IMG/VR virus record: IMGVR_UViG_3300014826_000102
Reading direction: 5' to 3' (one strand)
From: an uncultured virus (IMG/VR IMGVR_UViG_3300014826_000102)
Lineage: Duplodnaviria; Heunggongvirae; Uroviricota; Caudoviricetes
Length of the DNA: 64,000 nt
In this document: one piece after another, positions 37,599-49,196 of the stretch
How positions within the stretch are numbered: the first letter of the stretch is position 1
Layout of the letters: each line of letters starts with the position of its first letter
Notes under the pieces: generated by a model
The model's input: the letters and a program-made list of their open reading frames with translations, nothing else
Database searches by the model: none
Told to the model about the DNA's origin: nothing
Made by a program: the position numbers and the translations under genes

Positions 37599-40500
37599 AT
37601 GGCGAAAGAGGTAAAATTTAACGTACGAATATCTGTTGATGGCAAAGACCAGATCGTAACCGCCACCACGTCAGTTAGCGATCTACGCCAAGTCATGGAT
37701 AGGGCAAAGGGTAGCGCAGCTAAATTACGCGATACCCTGTTGAACTATAACCAATCCGTACAGGTACTACAGAACGTAACCAACGCCGTTTCGCAGCTTA
37801 CGGGTACACTTAACAGCGTTACAGCCGAAAGTCAGAGTTTTGGCGCAGCTATGAAAGCCGCTAATACGATGGCGGGTAAAGATGCAGCAGGCTTTGATAA
37901 ACTTAAAGGCCAGGTAGCCGAATTGTCTAAGACTATCCCAATGGCCCGTGATGCTTTGGCAAATGGCTTGTATCAGGTTATCAGTAACGGTGTACCAGAA
38001 GATAATTGGATTAGCTACCTTGAAGCGTCCGCACGATCAGCCGTAGGAGGTATAGCAGACGTTGGCGAAGTTGTTAAGGTAACATCTACCATTATCAAAA
38101 ACTACGGGCTTGAATGGAACGCAGCCCAGGACATACAGGATAAGATACAGCTTACGGCCAAGAATGGCGTAACGTCGTTTGAACAACTTGCAGCCGCTTT
38201 GCCGTCAGTGACAGGCCAGGCAGCGCAGTTGGGCGTATCTTTTACTGAAATGTTGGCCGTAATGAGTACGTTAACGGGCGTAACGGGTAATACCGCCGAA
38301 GTATCGACACAGCTTGCAAGCGTATTGACTGCATTAACGAAAGAGAGTAGCAAGAGCCAGAAGATGGCAGAGGCTATGGGTATTTCGTTTAATGCCGCAT
38401 CTATCAAGGCAGCAGGTGGTTTCCGTAATTTCCTGATGGAACTTGATAAGACCGTGACAGCCTACACCGCCAAAACAGGCGAGTTGAAAGAATCCGTTTA
38501 CGCTAAGTTGTTTGGCCGTGCAGAGGCCTTGCGCCTGGTTAACGGACTGACAGGCCAGATGGCTGATAAGTTCGCCGAGAACATACAGGCACTTGATAAT
38601 AGCGCGGGTACAATGGCAGCAGCCTACGAAGATATGGCAAGCACCAACGCGTCTAAGTTGCAGATGATGAAAAACCAATGGGGCCAATACACTGACTACA
38701 TAGCTGATAAGGTAGGTGCTATTCAGCCTGTTTTGAATTTCGGCAGTCAGTTAGGTATGACTATCGTATCTGTTGCAACGCTTACACAGGCATTCAGTAA
38801 ATTGCATATTGCACAGGCTTTAGCCTCAAAGTCAATGTATCGAACTATTGCGGTGTACGCCCTGTTTGGCACTAATTCCCGTCGCGTTGCAGCCGCTACC
38901 CACGTAATGGCTAATTCTTTCAGGAGCGCAGCCACTAAAGCCGTAGCCCTGAAAATAGCTATACGCGGACTGATGGCCGCTACAGGTATAGGCATAGCCC
39001 TAACAGCTTTGGGCGTGATCGTAGCAAAGTTGGCCGGATCATTTGACGGTGTGGGTGATGCAGCAGCCGGAGCCGCCGACGGGCTACAGGATTTCGGAGA
39101 ATCAGCCGACAGCGTTAAACAGGCGTATGACAACACCCTGGAATCTACCTATAGCGACCTGATGGCTAAGTACGAACAACTCAAAGAGGGTTGGAAAGCA
39201 CTTAGCAAGGAACAAGAAAAGGTAGCCTGGATCAAGAATAATCAGGCAGCGTTTGAGGAATTGAAACTAAAGATAGGCGGTGTGTCTGATGCCGAAAGTA
39301 TCTTTAGTGGTAATACTGATGCAGTCGTAGAGGCTTTCACACGTAGGGCAAAGGCAGCGGCACGTATGGCGCAGCTAACAGAATTGTACCGTAAACAAAT
39401 TACGTTGGCCGATGAATACGCCAAGACCCAGACGGCTATACAAGACGATGCCAATAAGAACGCCCGGCACGCTAACGCAGGTGATGAAATCAAGGACGGC
39501 ACTTACAGAAACAGCCGATACGGTAGTGTTGGCAATGATGGTAAGTGGCGTTTTTCAGAGCAGGGCGCGAAACTCTACAGCGGTACTAACGTATCGAGTA
39601 GTCCGGCGTTAAGAGCCATAGAAGAGAGGATGAAAGCCAACGAAGCCGAAACAAAGAAAGTTGAGGCCCAATTTGCAGCGGAGCAAGCCGAGGCAAATAA
39701 GCCTATCGTTGGCGGTAATCGTCTGGCAGGCGGTAGCGGCAGTGGCAGTGGTAATAAGAGTAAAGACGGTAAGAAAGATTTGCAGTTGGTAGAAAATGCC
39801 AAGTCCTACAAAGACCTGGCTAACAACGTTTCGTACTATCAGCAAGAGATCGAGAAAACCGATAAGTCCGACATAGCACGCATACAGACTTTAACCCAGG
39901 CTAAGAAAGCCGCCGAAGATGCCGTAGAAGCATTTAAGATGCTACAGGATGGTATGGCCGTGCCCGAAGAGTTAAAGAGCCTGGACGATTACGATAAGAA
40001 ACTGCAATACTTACGTAAGCAGAAACAGACGGCCAACGCTGAATCTATCGCAGGTATCGACGAAGAGATACGTAAGACAGAAGAGGCCCGCCAGGTATTA
40101 GAGGACACAAGTATAGCAGCGTTACGCGACGATGAGATTAAAACGTACGATCAGCTTAACGCCAAACTATCATATTATAACCGTTTGCTTAACAGCGGTG
40201 ATGAAGCACAGCGCGAGTTTGCCCAGAAAGGTATTAACAGCCTCAACAAGCTACAGACCGCATGGGATCAGGCACGCGATAAGATGAATTTGCCTACATC
40301 TACCAACAATCTAAAGGACGTTGATACGGCTATATCTTTCTATACAGAGCAACAGCAGCACGAAGATGCAGACCAGATACTAAAGACGCAGAGAATTATA
40401 GACGATCTGACAGCCAAGAAACGGGTTTTGCAACTTAGTACGGAGTTGCCCGGTATGCAAAGAGAGATCGCGGGTATCAATAGCTTGCAGGGACGCGAGC

Positions 40501-41342
40501 AGACTATTAAGATACGCAGTATTGGTTTTGACGAACTGAAAAAGCGTATTCAGGAACTTAATAACCTGATGAATGATACCCGTAACCCTGTATCGTCAGA
40601 TCAGAAAAAGGAGATAGAGGGCATGATAGCCGTTTATGAGAAATGGCAAAGGCAGTGCGTATCTTCTTTCGATACTTTGCAGCAAGGTTGGGGAGGTATC
40701 AAGGGTATTGGTAGCGGTGTAGAGAGTATCACAAACGCCCTGGAGGGTAACGGTAACGCCTGGCAGACGGTAACGGGTATCGTTGATGGCTTTATACAAC
40801 TCTATGAGGGCATACAGACTATTGTAGGCATTATCGACCTTCTCACTGCGGCTACAACAGCCCACACCGTCGCTAAGACGGCAGAGGGAGCCGCTACAGG
40901 CGTAGCGACGGGTGCAACCGTAGCGGCAGCAGCCACCGAAGAGGCAGCAGCAGCGGCAGTAGTACCCGTGATCGTTGCTAACAAGTTGGCTACAGCAAGC
41001 TATATGGAGTTAGCAAGTGCAATGTTTTTCGCGGCCCATGCGGCCATACCGTTTGCCGGATTTGGTATTGCATCCGGATTTATCAGCGCAGCCGTAGCAA
41101 TGACCCAGGCGATAGGCGTTATGCCATTTGCCCAGGGTGCTGTAGTATCAGGCCCTACCCTGGCACTTGTGGGCGAGTATGCGGGTGCAGGTAATAACCC
41201 GGAAGTCATAGCCCCACTTGATAAGCTACGTAGCATGATCGACACGGATAGCGGCATGAGTGGCAAGGTACGCTTTGAGATTGAGGGCCGTAAACTTGTA
41301 GGTGTGATAGAAAAGGAATACAACCACAAGAAAAGGAGTTAA
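37599..41342 (+). CDS. Tape measure protein
   Basis: 1247 aa, Ala-rich helical, TP901-type core, C-terminal GPTLALVGEY..NPEVIAPL. Confidence 0.92.
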   Translation: MAKEVKFNVRISVDGKDQIVTATTSVSDLRQVMDRAKGSAAKLRDTLLNYNQSVQVLQNVTNAVSQLTGTLNSVTAESQSFGAAMKAANTMAGKDAAGFDKLKGQVAELSKTIPMARDALANGLYQVISNGVPEDNWISYLEASARSAVGGIADVGEVVKVTSTIIKNYGLEWNAAQDIQDKIQLTAKNGVTSFEQLAAALPSVTGQAAQLGVSFTEMLAVMSTLTGVTGNTAEVSTQLASVLTALTKESSKSQKMAEAMGISFNAASIKAAGGFRNFLMELDKTVTAYTAKTGELKESVYAKLFGRAEALRLVNGLTGQMADKFAENIQALDNSAGTMAAAYEDMASTNASKLQMMKNQWGQYTDYIADKVGAIQPVLNFGSQLGMTIVSVATLTQAFSKLHIAQALASKSMYRTIAVYALFGTNSRRVAAATHVMANSFRSAATKAVALKIAIRGLMAATGIGIALTALGVIVAKLAGSFDGVGDAAAGAADGLQDFGESADSVKQAYDNTLESTYSDLMAKYEQLKEGWKALSKEQEKVAWIKNNQAAFEELKLKIGGVSDAESIFSGNTDAVVEAFTRRAKAAARMAQLTELYRKQITLADEYAKTQTAIQDDANKNARHANAGDEIKDGTYRNSRYGSVGNDGKWRFSEQGAKLYSGTNVSSSPALRAIEERMKANEAETKKVEAQFAAEQAEANKPIVGGNRLAGGSGSGSGNKSKDGKKDLQLVENAKSYKDLANNVSYYQQEIEKTDKSDIARIQTLTQAKKAAEDAVEAFKMLQDGMAVPEELKSLDDYDKKLQYLRKQKQTANAESIAGIDEEIRKTEEARQVLEDTSIAALRDDEIKTYDQLNAKLSYYNRLLNSGDEAQREFAQKGINSLNKLQTAWDQARDKMNLPTSTNNLKDVDTAISFYTEQQQHEDADQILKTQRIIDDLTAKKRVLQLSTELPGMQREIAGINSLQGREQTIKIRSIGFDELKKRIQELNNLMNDTRNPVSSDQKKEIEGMIAVYEKWQRQCVSSFDTLQQGWGGIKGIGSGVESITNALEGNGNAWQTVTGIVDGFIQLYEGIQTIVGIIDLLTAATTAHTVAKTAEGAATGVATGATVAAAATEEAAAAAVVPVIVANKLATASYMELASAMFFAAHAAIPFAGFGIASGFISAAVAMTQAIGVMPFAQGAVVSGPTLALVGEYAGAGNNPEVIAPLDKLRSMIDTDSGMSGKVRFEIEGRKLVGVIEKEYNHKKRS

Positions 41343-41345
41343 GCA

Positions 41346-43601
41346 ATGAGTAAGCAGTTACGATACAGGGGTGAGTTTCTAAGCCGTTCAAACGTGATTT
41401 GGCGGGTAGATATTCTACAGGAGGCAGACGCGCCGTTTGCCACCGTAGGCGATCTGACTTTTGAGCGCGAAGAGGCTTTGGTAATTGATTGGAAGCACCA
41501 GGATAAGGAGGCCGTTATTTGCGGTAGCGAGGCTACTATTAGGATAGAAAGCCCCGGAGATCGCACGTATGAAGATTTGTACACTATCGAGGTTGGCCGT
41601 ATTCGTATGGACGTTTACAGAAACAACAGCCTGTATTGGAGTGGAGCGTTAGACCCGGAGTTTTACGAAGAGCCTTACGAAATGGCACGCTACTACGTCG
41701 TAACTTTGACGTTTAGCGACTTTGGTATATTAGACCGTTTGAAATATAACTTATCGGGTATGCAGACGTTACAGGCTATCTTACTTGATGCCCTGACACG
41801 CAGCACCATTAACTACGGGGGCTTAGATGCTGATACCTATTGCACAACCTATTTCCCCGATGGCGGCAAGGCTAACCCCGCAGCGTTGGCCGTGCGTAGC
41901 GAAAATTTCTACGATGAAGATGCAAAGCCAAGCACCTTAAAAGAAGTCGTAGAGGGCATTTTGCAGCCGTTGGCGTTGAAGATGATACAGCGTAACGGGC
42001 AAGTCTACGTATTTGATTTGAACGGCTTGCATACGGCAGCACGACGGGCTATAACATGGGATGGCGACAGCCAAACGATGGGAGTAGACAAAGTGGCTAA
42101 TAACGTGAAAGTGAACTTTTCGCCCTATTCGTCGGCAGAGTTGCTTAACGGCGAATTGGAGTACGGGGGTGAATATTCCGTAGAAATGGTGAACTTAGTA
42201 GCCGACCCCGGAAAGTCCTATTACTCTTACTATCCTGACTATTCCGAGGAACACAGGCAGGGGGGTAATTGGGATTACAACCTAATTAACTTTACTATCT
42301 TTATCAGCAACAAAGGCAAGGGTTTGGCTTACCTGAATCCGTCAGCCCGCTATTGTCATATACTGCCATTGGTAGGAGGGCCAAGCGAGACAACGGGTAT
42401 AGCATGGGCGTTTCATTCAGGAGGCCACGGCGGGTTAAATACAGGTTGGCCGAAGCGCATACTTAACACCGTTACGAAAGAGCGAAGCACCGTAGTAATG
42501 AAAACACACCGGGTATTTTTGCCCGCCTTATCGTCAGAGAGCCAAAAGTCGTATTACGTGCGTCTTAGCCTTGAAATGCTTTTAGATGCCCGCTACAATC
42601 CATTTACAGACGGCAACAACGATGGCAACGAGAGCGGCAACTACGGCGATATGAAAAAATACACCGGGTGGGCCTTTGTGCCCATAGCCGTTAATTTGTA
42701 TGACTATGCGGGCAACGTGACTTCACATTACGTAAACAGCCACATAGCCAAGTATGGAGTAAAAGGACATATCGCCTATGCCAAAGGCACATGGAAAGCA
42801 GGGGCGGGCGCACCCGGTGACGCATATTTGGAATACTACGACCCGAACGATGTAGCCGATAGTACAGGTATATTAGGATGGAAGAAAAACAGGCATTGTT
42901 TTGGTAGGCCTAAATTTTGGCAATGCCAAATGTACGATAGTTTTAAGCAAATGCCAGACGGTGAGTATATACCCTATCCAACGCAAGGAGGTTATTTGGA
43001 AGTCATAGTATATTCGGGAGTGCAGTGCTTTGACTATGACGACGTAGGGTCTATTTTTCAGGGCTACGATTGGGTTTGGGACGCTTGCAGGCGTTGGACT
43101 GAACACGGTTTGTATGATAAGACACGGTGGCTACTATACAAGGCCCCTAAAGTGGAGTTGGTAAAAAACAACTTGATATTTGATGCAGCCGAGTTAGAAG
43201 ATGTGGAATATAGCGGTTATATCAACAAACAAGCCAAAGAGGAAATAAGTATAGACACGATTTGCGGCACGGCCAACACTATGTGCCCGACTGCAAAGGG
43301 TATCTATTGCAGGGCTACGGATAGTCTGCAAATCCAAACGCTTAAAAGGGCGGGCGTTACCGACCACCCGGAAAAGTTGCTTATCGGTACGCTCTACAGC
43401 CAGTTTGCGGCCCGTAAGACTACGCTTTCAGGCGAAGCCAAGATAGACACGGGCGGGCTTTGCGTTTACACGGAAAGGAACCAAGCGGGCAAAGTCTTTA
43501 TGATGTCAGGCGAAACGCAAGACGTGATAGCAGACACAACCGACGCGCAATATACAGAGTTTAACGCCGACGAATACGAGGCGATAGAAGAAGTAAATTA
43601 G
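41346..43601 (+). CDS. Tail tip / hub protein (probable)
   Basis: 751 aa directly after tape measure. Confidence 0.65.
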   Translation: MSKQLRYRGEFLSRSNVIWRVDILQEADAPFATVGDLTFEREEALVIDWKHQDKEAVICGSEATIRIESPGDRTYEDLYTIEVGRIRMDVYRNNSLYWSGALDPEFYEEPYEMARYYVVTLTFSDFGILDRLKYNLSGMQTLQAILLDALTRSTINYGGLDADTYCTTYFPDGGKANPAALAVRSENFYDEDAKPSTLKEVVEGILQPLALKMIQRNGQVYVFDLNGLHTAARRAITWDGDSQTMGVDKVANNVKVNFSPYSSAELLNGELEYGGEYSVEMVNLVADPGKSYYSYYPDYSEEHRQGGNWDYNLINFTIFISNKGKGLAYLNPSARYCHILPLVGGPSETTGIAWAFHSGGHGGLNTGWPKRILNTVTKERSTVVMKTHRVFLPALSSESQKSYYVRLSLEMLLDARYNPFTDGNNDGNESGNYGDMKKYTGWAFVPIAVNLYDYAGNVTSHYVNSHIAKYGVKGHIAYAKGTWKAGAGAPGDAYLEYYDPNDVADSTGILGWKKNRHCFGRPKFWQCQMYDSFKQMPDGEYIPYPTQGGYLEVIVYSGVQCFDYDDVGSIFQGYDWVWDACRRWTEHGLYDKTRWLLYKAPKVELVKNNLIFDAAELEDVEYSGYINKQAKEEISIDTICGTANTMCPTAKGIYCRATDSLQIQTLKRAGVTDHPEKLLIGTLYSQFAARKTTLSGEAKIDTGGLCVYTERNQAGKVFMMSGETQDVIADTTDAQYTEFNADEYEAIEEVN

Positions 43602-43607
43602 CAGGGT

Positions 43608-45341
43608 ATGGATAAGAAATATACGTCAGTAACTACCAACCGAACACCGCGCCCGCGTAGCAAGCGACTACGTGAGCAAGGTATTAGTAGCCCTAATAGT
43701 ACGGTAGTGTTAAATGCTGAAACAGGAGGCGGCAGCACCCCGTCAGGTGATGGCCACACCCACAGCAATAAGTCAGCGTTAGACCAGATAACAACCGATA
43801 GCAACGGTTACGAATATCTTACCTATCTGAAAGAGGTTAAGACAACTGACCCGGAAACTGGCGAAGAGGTTACAGACTATGAGCGCGTAACGGAAAAGGT
43901 AAAAGCGGGCTACGCTGATTTGGCTTACGACTTAGCAAAGGACAGCCCGGCGGCAAAGCGTTTTCTTAGTCGAATTGCCGATGATATTGCCGAGGGTAAA
44001 ATTACTTTCCAACAGGGCTTAACGGCTATTGGCATTGCAATATTTAAGGGTGAGGCCCATTTTGGTACGTTTGTTAAATCCCTGTACGCGGGTAGTGGTG
44101 CAGGAATCGACCCGCAGGGCAACGCGGAGTTTGAAAGTGTCAGGGTACGCAGTTACTTTGAGGCGGTAGAAATGATTATTAACCGTCTGTCAGCCATTGA
44201 GGGCGACCAGCTACTTACAGAGGCCGACACGATAGACAGCATAGACGATTTGGGTAATAATTGCTACGGCTTGCACCTACATTCAAAGTGGGAGGGCTAT
44301 TTTACCGCCCAAGCCGTCGGCAACGTCTTAAAGGGAATCGTAAACAATTTGGGCGCAGTCGCTTTAGGCTATGCCAACCCAGGCACTAACGCAGCCCTCT
44401 ATACAAGTTGGATGAGGGTAAACAGCGTAAACCCGGCTAACAACTATATCGAAGTTACCCTGTACCCCGACGAAGATACACCCGCGGGGCAGAATTTCCC
44501 GCCATGCGAACTGATGAAAATTGCCCGTTGGGGTAATCAGACAGACACAAGCCGGCAAAGTTGCATCTATCTATCAAGTACAGAGGGCCGGATAGTCAAA
44601 CTTACGGGCGTTACAAAGCCGATTATCGACGCTACCAATTACGGCGCAACCTTTGGCAGCTTACCCGACTTTGTTAAAGAAATAGTAGACGATGAGGGCA
44701 ACCCGTTACCCTTTCGTGAGGGGTTGGACTATATGTATATCCCCGGCATTGTCACGATGGATATTATACGCCTCAACAAGTGGACGGGTAAGCCTGTATG
44801 CGAGTATGTAGACCGGGGCCAATGGGTAGAGGGTGAAAACTACTACTTTGAGGTACTTAACCCAGATACGCAAAGTTACGAAATATCCGACGTTTGGTAT
44901 TACGGTTGCAAGTGGCGTTGCTGCAAGAATCTGACTAAGACCGCCCCGGCATGGAATAACACCGATTGGGCCATGATTGAGGGCAACCCCGCTTTCACGG
45001 TGGAGTTTAACGACACTGACATACTTTTCGACCCTGACCGTTTCGACCTGACTTTGCGCATAATAGCCAAAATCTACAATCAGGACGTGACAGATGATAT
45101 TTTGCCCGCTGATGTGATTTGGACGCGGTATAGTGAAGATGCTAACGGCGTTGAAAGAGTGGCGAGCGATAACGCATGGGCTATCAGGCGAGGCGGGGCC
45201 GGTAAGTCGATACACCTTACCCGCGACGATATAGACTTTAGCGGCTATGTGCCTAAAGTGGTACGTTTCACAGCCACGGTAACGCTACGTGACGGTGAGG
45301 GCAACGAGGCCGCAGCCGACAAAGCAGTATTTGAGTATTAA
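43608..45341 (+). CDS. Tail-associated structural protein
   Basis: 577 aa, beta-rich, tail module. Confidence 0.6.
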   Translation: MDKKYTSVTTNRTPRPRSKRLREQGISSPNSTVVLNAETGGGSTPSGDGHTHSNKSALDQITTDSNGYEYLTYLKEVKTTDPETGEEVTDYERVTEKVKAGYADLAYDLAKDSPAAKRFLSRIADDIAEGKITFQQGLTAIGIAIFKGEAHFGTFVKSLYAGSGAGIDPQGNAEFESVRVRSYFEAVEMIINRLSAIEGDQLLTEADTIDSIDDLGNNCYGLHLHSKWEGYFTAQAVGNVLKGIVNNLGAVALGYANPGTNAALYTSWMRVNSVNPANNYIEVTLYPDEDTPAGQNFPPCELMKIARWGNQTDTSRQSCIYLSSTEGRIVKLTGVTKPIIDATNYGATFGSLPDFVKEIVDDEGNPLPFREGLDYMYIPGIVTMDIIRLNKWTGKPVCEYVDRGQWVEGENYYFEVLNPDTQSYEISDVWYYGCKWRCCKNLTKTAPAWNNTDWAMIEGNPAFTVEFNDTDILFDPDRFDLTLRIIAKIYNQDVTDDILPADVIWTRYSEDANGVERVASDNAWAIRRGGAGKSIHLTRDDIDFSGYVPKVVRFTATVTLRDGEGNEAAADKAVFEY

Positions 45342-45361
45342 CGACATAAAACAAAGGCAAT

Positions 45362-46522
45362 ATGAAAGTAAAGAGATTTGATTTTAACTTTAAGCCCTTG
45401 CAGTTGCATATCAGTTTGGCAGCTGATGGCAGCGTACCCGACAGGCAAAACTACGATGCCGATACGGATACCTACACCCCGGACTATACGCTTACGCCCC
45501 TGATTATCCAACCCGCTATTAGCCGCATGGATAAAGACGAAGTGCTACAGCCCGGGCGGGTTAATCATCTTTTGGCTAATATTAAATGGTACGAGATTAT
45601 AGCAGGTACACGTACTTTGATTGAGGCCGCTAACACTAACTACGAGGTAGTAACGAGTGGCGAGAACGCCGGACGTATCAAAGTGAAGAAAAACGCCCAG
45701 CCTCAACTACCTATTACGTTGGAGTTTAACGCGGATTATACCGACACGCGCACAAATCAGATTAGCAGCATTAAACAAACCTATCTGATACCGTGCGACA
45801 ACTCTACTACCTTTTTGCCGCTGTTGGTTTTGGACGCAGCCGACCAAACCGTTTACGATCCGTTGACCGACCTTGCTACACAGACGGTACACGCGAGTTT
45901 AAGGTTAGGTGAAAACGAGTGCGAAACAGCCAAACGCGCGTTTGTGTGGGAAAAGTTCAGAGAAGATAACACCTGGACAGCGGTAGGAACTGACACCACG
46001 TTAGACTATGACGTTACCGTAGCAGCCGACGGCGCAAGCGTTGTAGTTGACCGCAGTCTTATGGGTAATGAGTTGTATCTACGTTGCAGGGCTAAGTACG
46101 ATCCAAACGGCAACCCCGGAGGCGTAACACTGACAGATGCAAGCCCGGCAAAGATTATTTCCTTTGTGCGTAGAATCCCGAAATTTGAGTTTGATATTTT
46201 GGGTGTACCTACGAACATACCCGCCGGGCTTTTGGCCATTGCGCCGGAGGCAGCTATTTGGAACACCAAAGGCCCTATAGCGAATCCCGAAAGAGAACTT
46301 TTGCCCATCTGGTACGTAGCACCGAACAAAGCGAGCGGCAGTTTGTCTTACTCACAGATAGGCCACGGCGTTACGCCTACGCTACCAACAAAAGCCATGA
46401 CCGATTTATTAGGCGGCGTTTACGGATTGGACGTAAAGGATTGTGGCCCCACTTGCGCGTGGGAAGATAGCGACGGCAAGGTATTCGAGGACAGCGACGG
46501 CGCAGTATTATTGATTAAGTAA
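45362..46522 (+). CDS. Tail-associated structural protein
   Basis: 386 aa, tail module. Confidence 0.6.
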   Translation: MKVKRFDFNFKPLQLHISLAADGSVPDRQNYDADTDTYTPDYTLTPLIIQPAISRMDKDEVLQPGRVNHLLANIKWYEIIAGTRTLIEAANTNYEVVTSGENAGRIKVKKNAQPQLPITLEFNADYTDTRTNQISSIKQTYLIPCDNSTTFLPLLVLDAADQTVYDPLTDLATQTVHASLRLGENECETAKRAFVWEKFREDNTWTAVGTDTTLDYDVTVAADGASVVVDRSLMGNELYLRCRAKYDPNGNPGGVTLTDASPAKIISFVRRIPKFEFDILGVPTNIPAGLLAIAPEAAIWNTKGPIANPERELLPIWYVAPNKASGSLSYSQIGHGVTPTLPTKAMTDLLGGVYGLDVKDCGPTCAWEDSDGKVFEDSDGAVLLIK

Positions 46523-46552
46523 CTATTTTGACAATATTTAAATTTTCTAATT

Positions 46553-47047
46553 ATGGCACGTTACATTAAAGCAAATCCTAAAGTCGCTAAGTTCCTGAAT
46601 CTGGAAAGCGACAGAAACACCGTTAAAGACGGCAACTATTTACTTTGGCAAGCCGATATGTTGGCCTTTGGCCCTCTTACGCAGTTGGCTGATACCTTGC
46701 AGCAGATTGGCGGCATTGCTCTTTTGCCGCATGAGGCCCGCGAAGAGCAGGACGGTACGGTTACGCGACCATTGCCCCAGGCAACCGATCCGCGTTTTAT
46801 CGTAGAGCCTGAAACCGAAGTACCCGGAGAGGAAAACAACCCGACAGGCAGCGAGGCTAACGCCGGGGAATCCGAGACAGACAGCCAACAGACCGAGGGT
46901 GGCGACGCAACCGAAACGCCAACAGACGAAAGCAGCGAGACCCTTGCAGAGGAAACCACGCAGTCTAACGACGAGGTGGAGAGCATCGACAGCGGCGACG
47001 TTGGCAGCGTAGATGAAGTGTTGAACGTAAACGATAAGGAGGAATAA
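46553..47047 (+). CDS. Hypothetical protein with acidic low-complexity tail
   Basis: Tail module ORF. Confidence 0.6.
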   Translation: MARYIKANPKVAKFLNLESDRNTVKDGNYLLWQADMLAFGPLTQLADTLQQIGGIALLPHEAREEQDGTVTRPLPQATDPRFIVEPETEVPGEENNPTGSEANAGESETDSQQTEGGDATETPTDESSETLAEETTQSNDEVESIDSGDVGSVDEVLNVNDKEE

Positions 47048-47050
47048 ACC

Positions 47051-48100
47051 ATGAGCGTAGCAAGTACAACCCGAACTATTAAGTTTATCAGCAAGGCCGG
47101 TACTTATACCGCCGTTATTGTGTGTCCCGATGGCGACCTGTACCAAGAATGGGAGGGTACGTTAGCAGACATTACTAACATTTTCCCGAACTTTGAGCAG
47201 ACAAAGCCAGTTTTGTACTTTATTTGTATGTCAAGCCGCGTAGCCGAGGGCGTAGCAACCCCGGACGGAATAGACTACTATTTCAATGGTACGAAAATCA
47301 CGTTTAGCGGCGACACGTCAAGCGGTACGTTTGCCGGGCTGTTTAAAAAAGTGGCCCCGTCAGGCGATAACCTATACTACGGTTTGCAGATTGTCAAGAA
47401 CATAGCAGCCGCCGCAGGGTACGCCCCCGCTGTTATTAAGATGGTGGCTACCGTCTCTTATGGTACGCAGAGCGACCAGATTACGGCATCTTATACTATC
47501 CCCATTCAGCAGGCAACGGGCAGCAGTTACCGCGTAACGATAGCCGCCGGAGATAACAAAAACTTTGTCATTACTGAAAAGGGCGGCAGTTGCATATTAA
47601 AGGCTATGGCCTATCAGTCCGGGCAACCGTTGACAGCCGATTTAACCTACCAATGGGAAAAGATGGGTGTAAGCGGATGGGAAACGCTTTCGGGCAAGAC
47701 AGCGCAGACCCTGACCGTAGCCGACAGCGATATAACGACCTACGGCGAATATCGCGTTACCGTATTCCGAGGCGGCGCAGAGATTGGCAAGGACATTCAG
47801 GGCGTTATGGACGCTTCCGACCCATTCGACATAGACCCGCATCCCGACCCCGAAGATGAGGCGATAACAGAAGATACGAGCGGTAACGGTCAAGTAACCT
47901 ATACCCCGGTAGTAGTAAAGCGAGGCACTAACACCAAAGCGTTAGACACGACTTTCTACTTTGTGGTTAAGGACGCGGCGGGCGTTTACCTGAATAGCCA
48001 GGCAGACCGCACGACCCCGGCGGCATCGTACAGCGTAACGCGGGCGCATTGTCAACAGGCGGGTGGCGACGTATCAGTAACAATAACCGCGAAAGACTAA
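47051..48100 (+). CDS. Tail-associated Ig-like protein
   Basis: TYQWEK..QTLTV..GEYRVTV Ig-like pattern. Confidence 0.6.
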   Translation: MSVASTTRTIKFISKAGTYTAVIVCPDGDLYQEWEGTLADITNIFPNFEQTKPVLYFICMSSRVAEGVATPDGIDYYFNGTKITFSGDTSSGTFAGLFKKVAPSGDNLYYGLQIVKNIAAAAGYAPAVIKMVATVSYGTQSDQITASYTIPIQQATGSSYRVTIAAGDNKNFVITEKGGSCILKAMAYQSGQPLTADLTYQWEKMGVSGWETLSGKTAQTLTVADSDITTYGEYRVTVFRGGAEIGKDIQGVMDASDPFDIDPHPDPEDEAITEDTSGNGQVTYTPVVVKRGTNTKALDTTFYFVVKDAAGVYLNSQADRTTPAASYSVTRAHCQQAGGDVSVTITAKD

Positions 48101-48106
48101 GAGCGT

Positions 48107-49183
48107 ATGAGCGACAAAAGGCCAAGCGTAACAAGAGTAGTTAAGTATATCCGCAAAGGGGAAAAGGGCGAACAAGGCCCCGCACTACGGGGCCCGCAAG
48201 CGTGGAATGATTGCGCCGTAGGCTACAAATTCCAAGCGGGCGGCGAGGGTGACGATTTCAAAGATGTTGTGCTATACAATGGGAATTGCTATAGTTGCAT
48301 AAAGAGTCATACTAAAACAGCAAGTAATTACCCAACAAGTACAACCGACACAAATAGCGGTTTATGGAAATTGGGCGATAAAATAGAATTGGTAGCCGCG
48401 AATATACTATTAGCCACCTATTCACTGATTAAGAACTTAGGTGCGGAGGCTATAGAAATGAAAGACAGCAGCGGCAACGTTGTTTTCTACGCTAAAGACG
48501 GTACTTTGACCTGTAAGACGGGCACGTTTGAAAACGTAACAATATCAGGCGTTTTGAAAGGCGTAACAGGCAGCTTTAAGTCTCTTAATTGCGTCAATGA
48601 CAGCGGAACGGTAGTAGCGAGTATTAGGTTTGGCAGTGATGGCCGTCTTTGGTTTGAATCCGGCGATTTGTATAATCAGGGCACAAAGGACGGGCGAACC
48701 TTACGTTTCTACAGCGGCGATATTTGGTGCAGGGGCGCGTTTGGCGCACGTCAGCGTACAATACTACTTGTTTACGGCAGTTACGGTTACTACTACACTA
48801 AAGGCACGGGCAAAGCAGGGCAGCGCGTCAGTTTCGCGTCGGCAACATCTTCAGGAGGTCAGACCTACTACGAGATTAAATGCTACGGCGACAACGGCGA
48901 CTATAGCGGCTACCCGGTAGATGAAATCGTATTTAAGATAACATCCGACACGTACCGCTATTTGCTTAATATGGCCGACACACAGCGCGTTTTGCTCATT
49001 AACGCCAACGACCTCCACAACGACGTTTATATTTACGTCAACGGCAACCAAGAGCAATGGCGCGGCGGTGTCGTTGGGGAAATCATAAAATTGCCAACGG
49101 ACTTTATGAATCCCGAACCGGGCACAAGTGCTTTAGGTAGGGGATTAGTTGTAGGCCCGAAGAGGGACAACGATTGGAGTTAA
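48107..49183 (+). CDS. Tail fibre / receptor-binding-related protein
   Basis: GEKGEQGP collagen-like start, carbohydrate-binding-like DVVLYNGNCYSC..H, beta-rich. Confidence 0.55.
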   Translation: MSDKRPSVTRVVKYIRKGEKGEQGPALRGPQAWNDCAVGYKFQAGGEGDDFKDVVLYNGNCYSCIKSHTKTASNYPTSTTDTNSGLWKLGDKIELVAANILLATYSLIKNLGAEAIEMKDSSGNVVFYAKDGTLTCKTGTFENVTISGVLKGVTGSFKSLNCVNDSGTVVASIRFGSDGRLWFESGDLYNQGTKDGRTLRFYSGDIWCRGAFGARQRTILLVYGSYGYYYTKGTGKAGQRVSFASATSSGGQTYYEIKCYGDNGDYSGYPVDEIVFKITSDTYRYLLNMADTQRVLLINANDLHNDVYIYVNGNQEQWRGGVVGEIIKLPTDFMNPEPGTSALGRGLVVGPKRDNDWS

Positions 49184-49196
49184 AATTTAGCAGAAT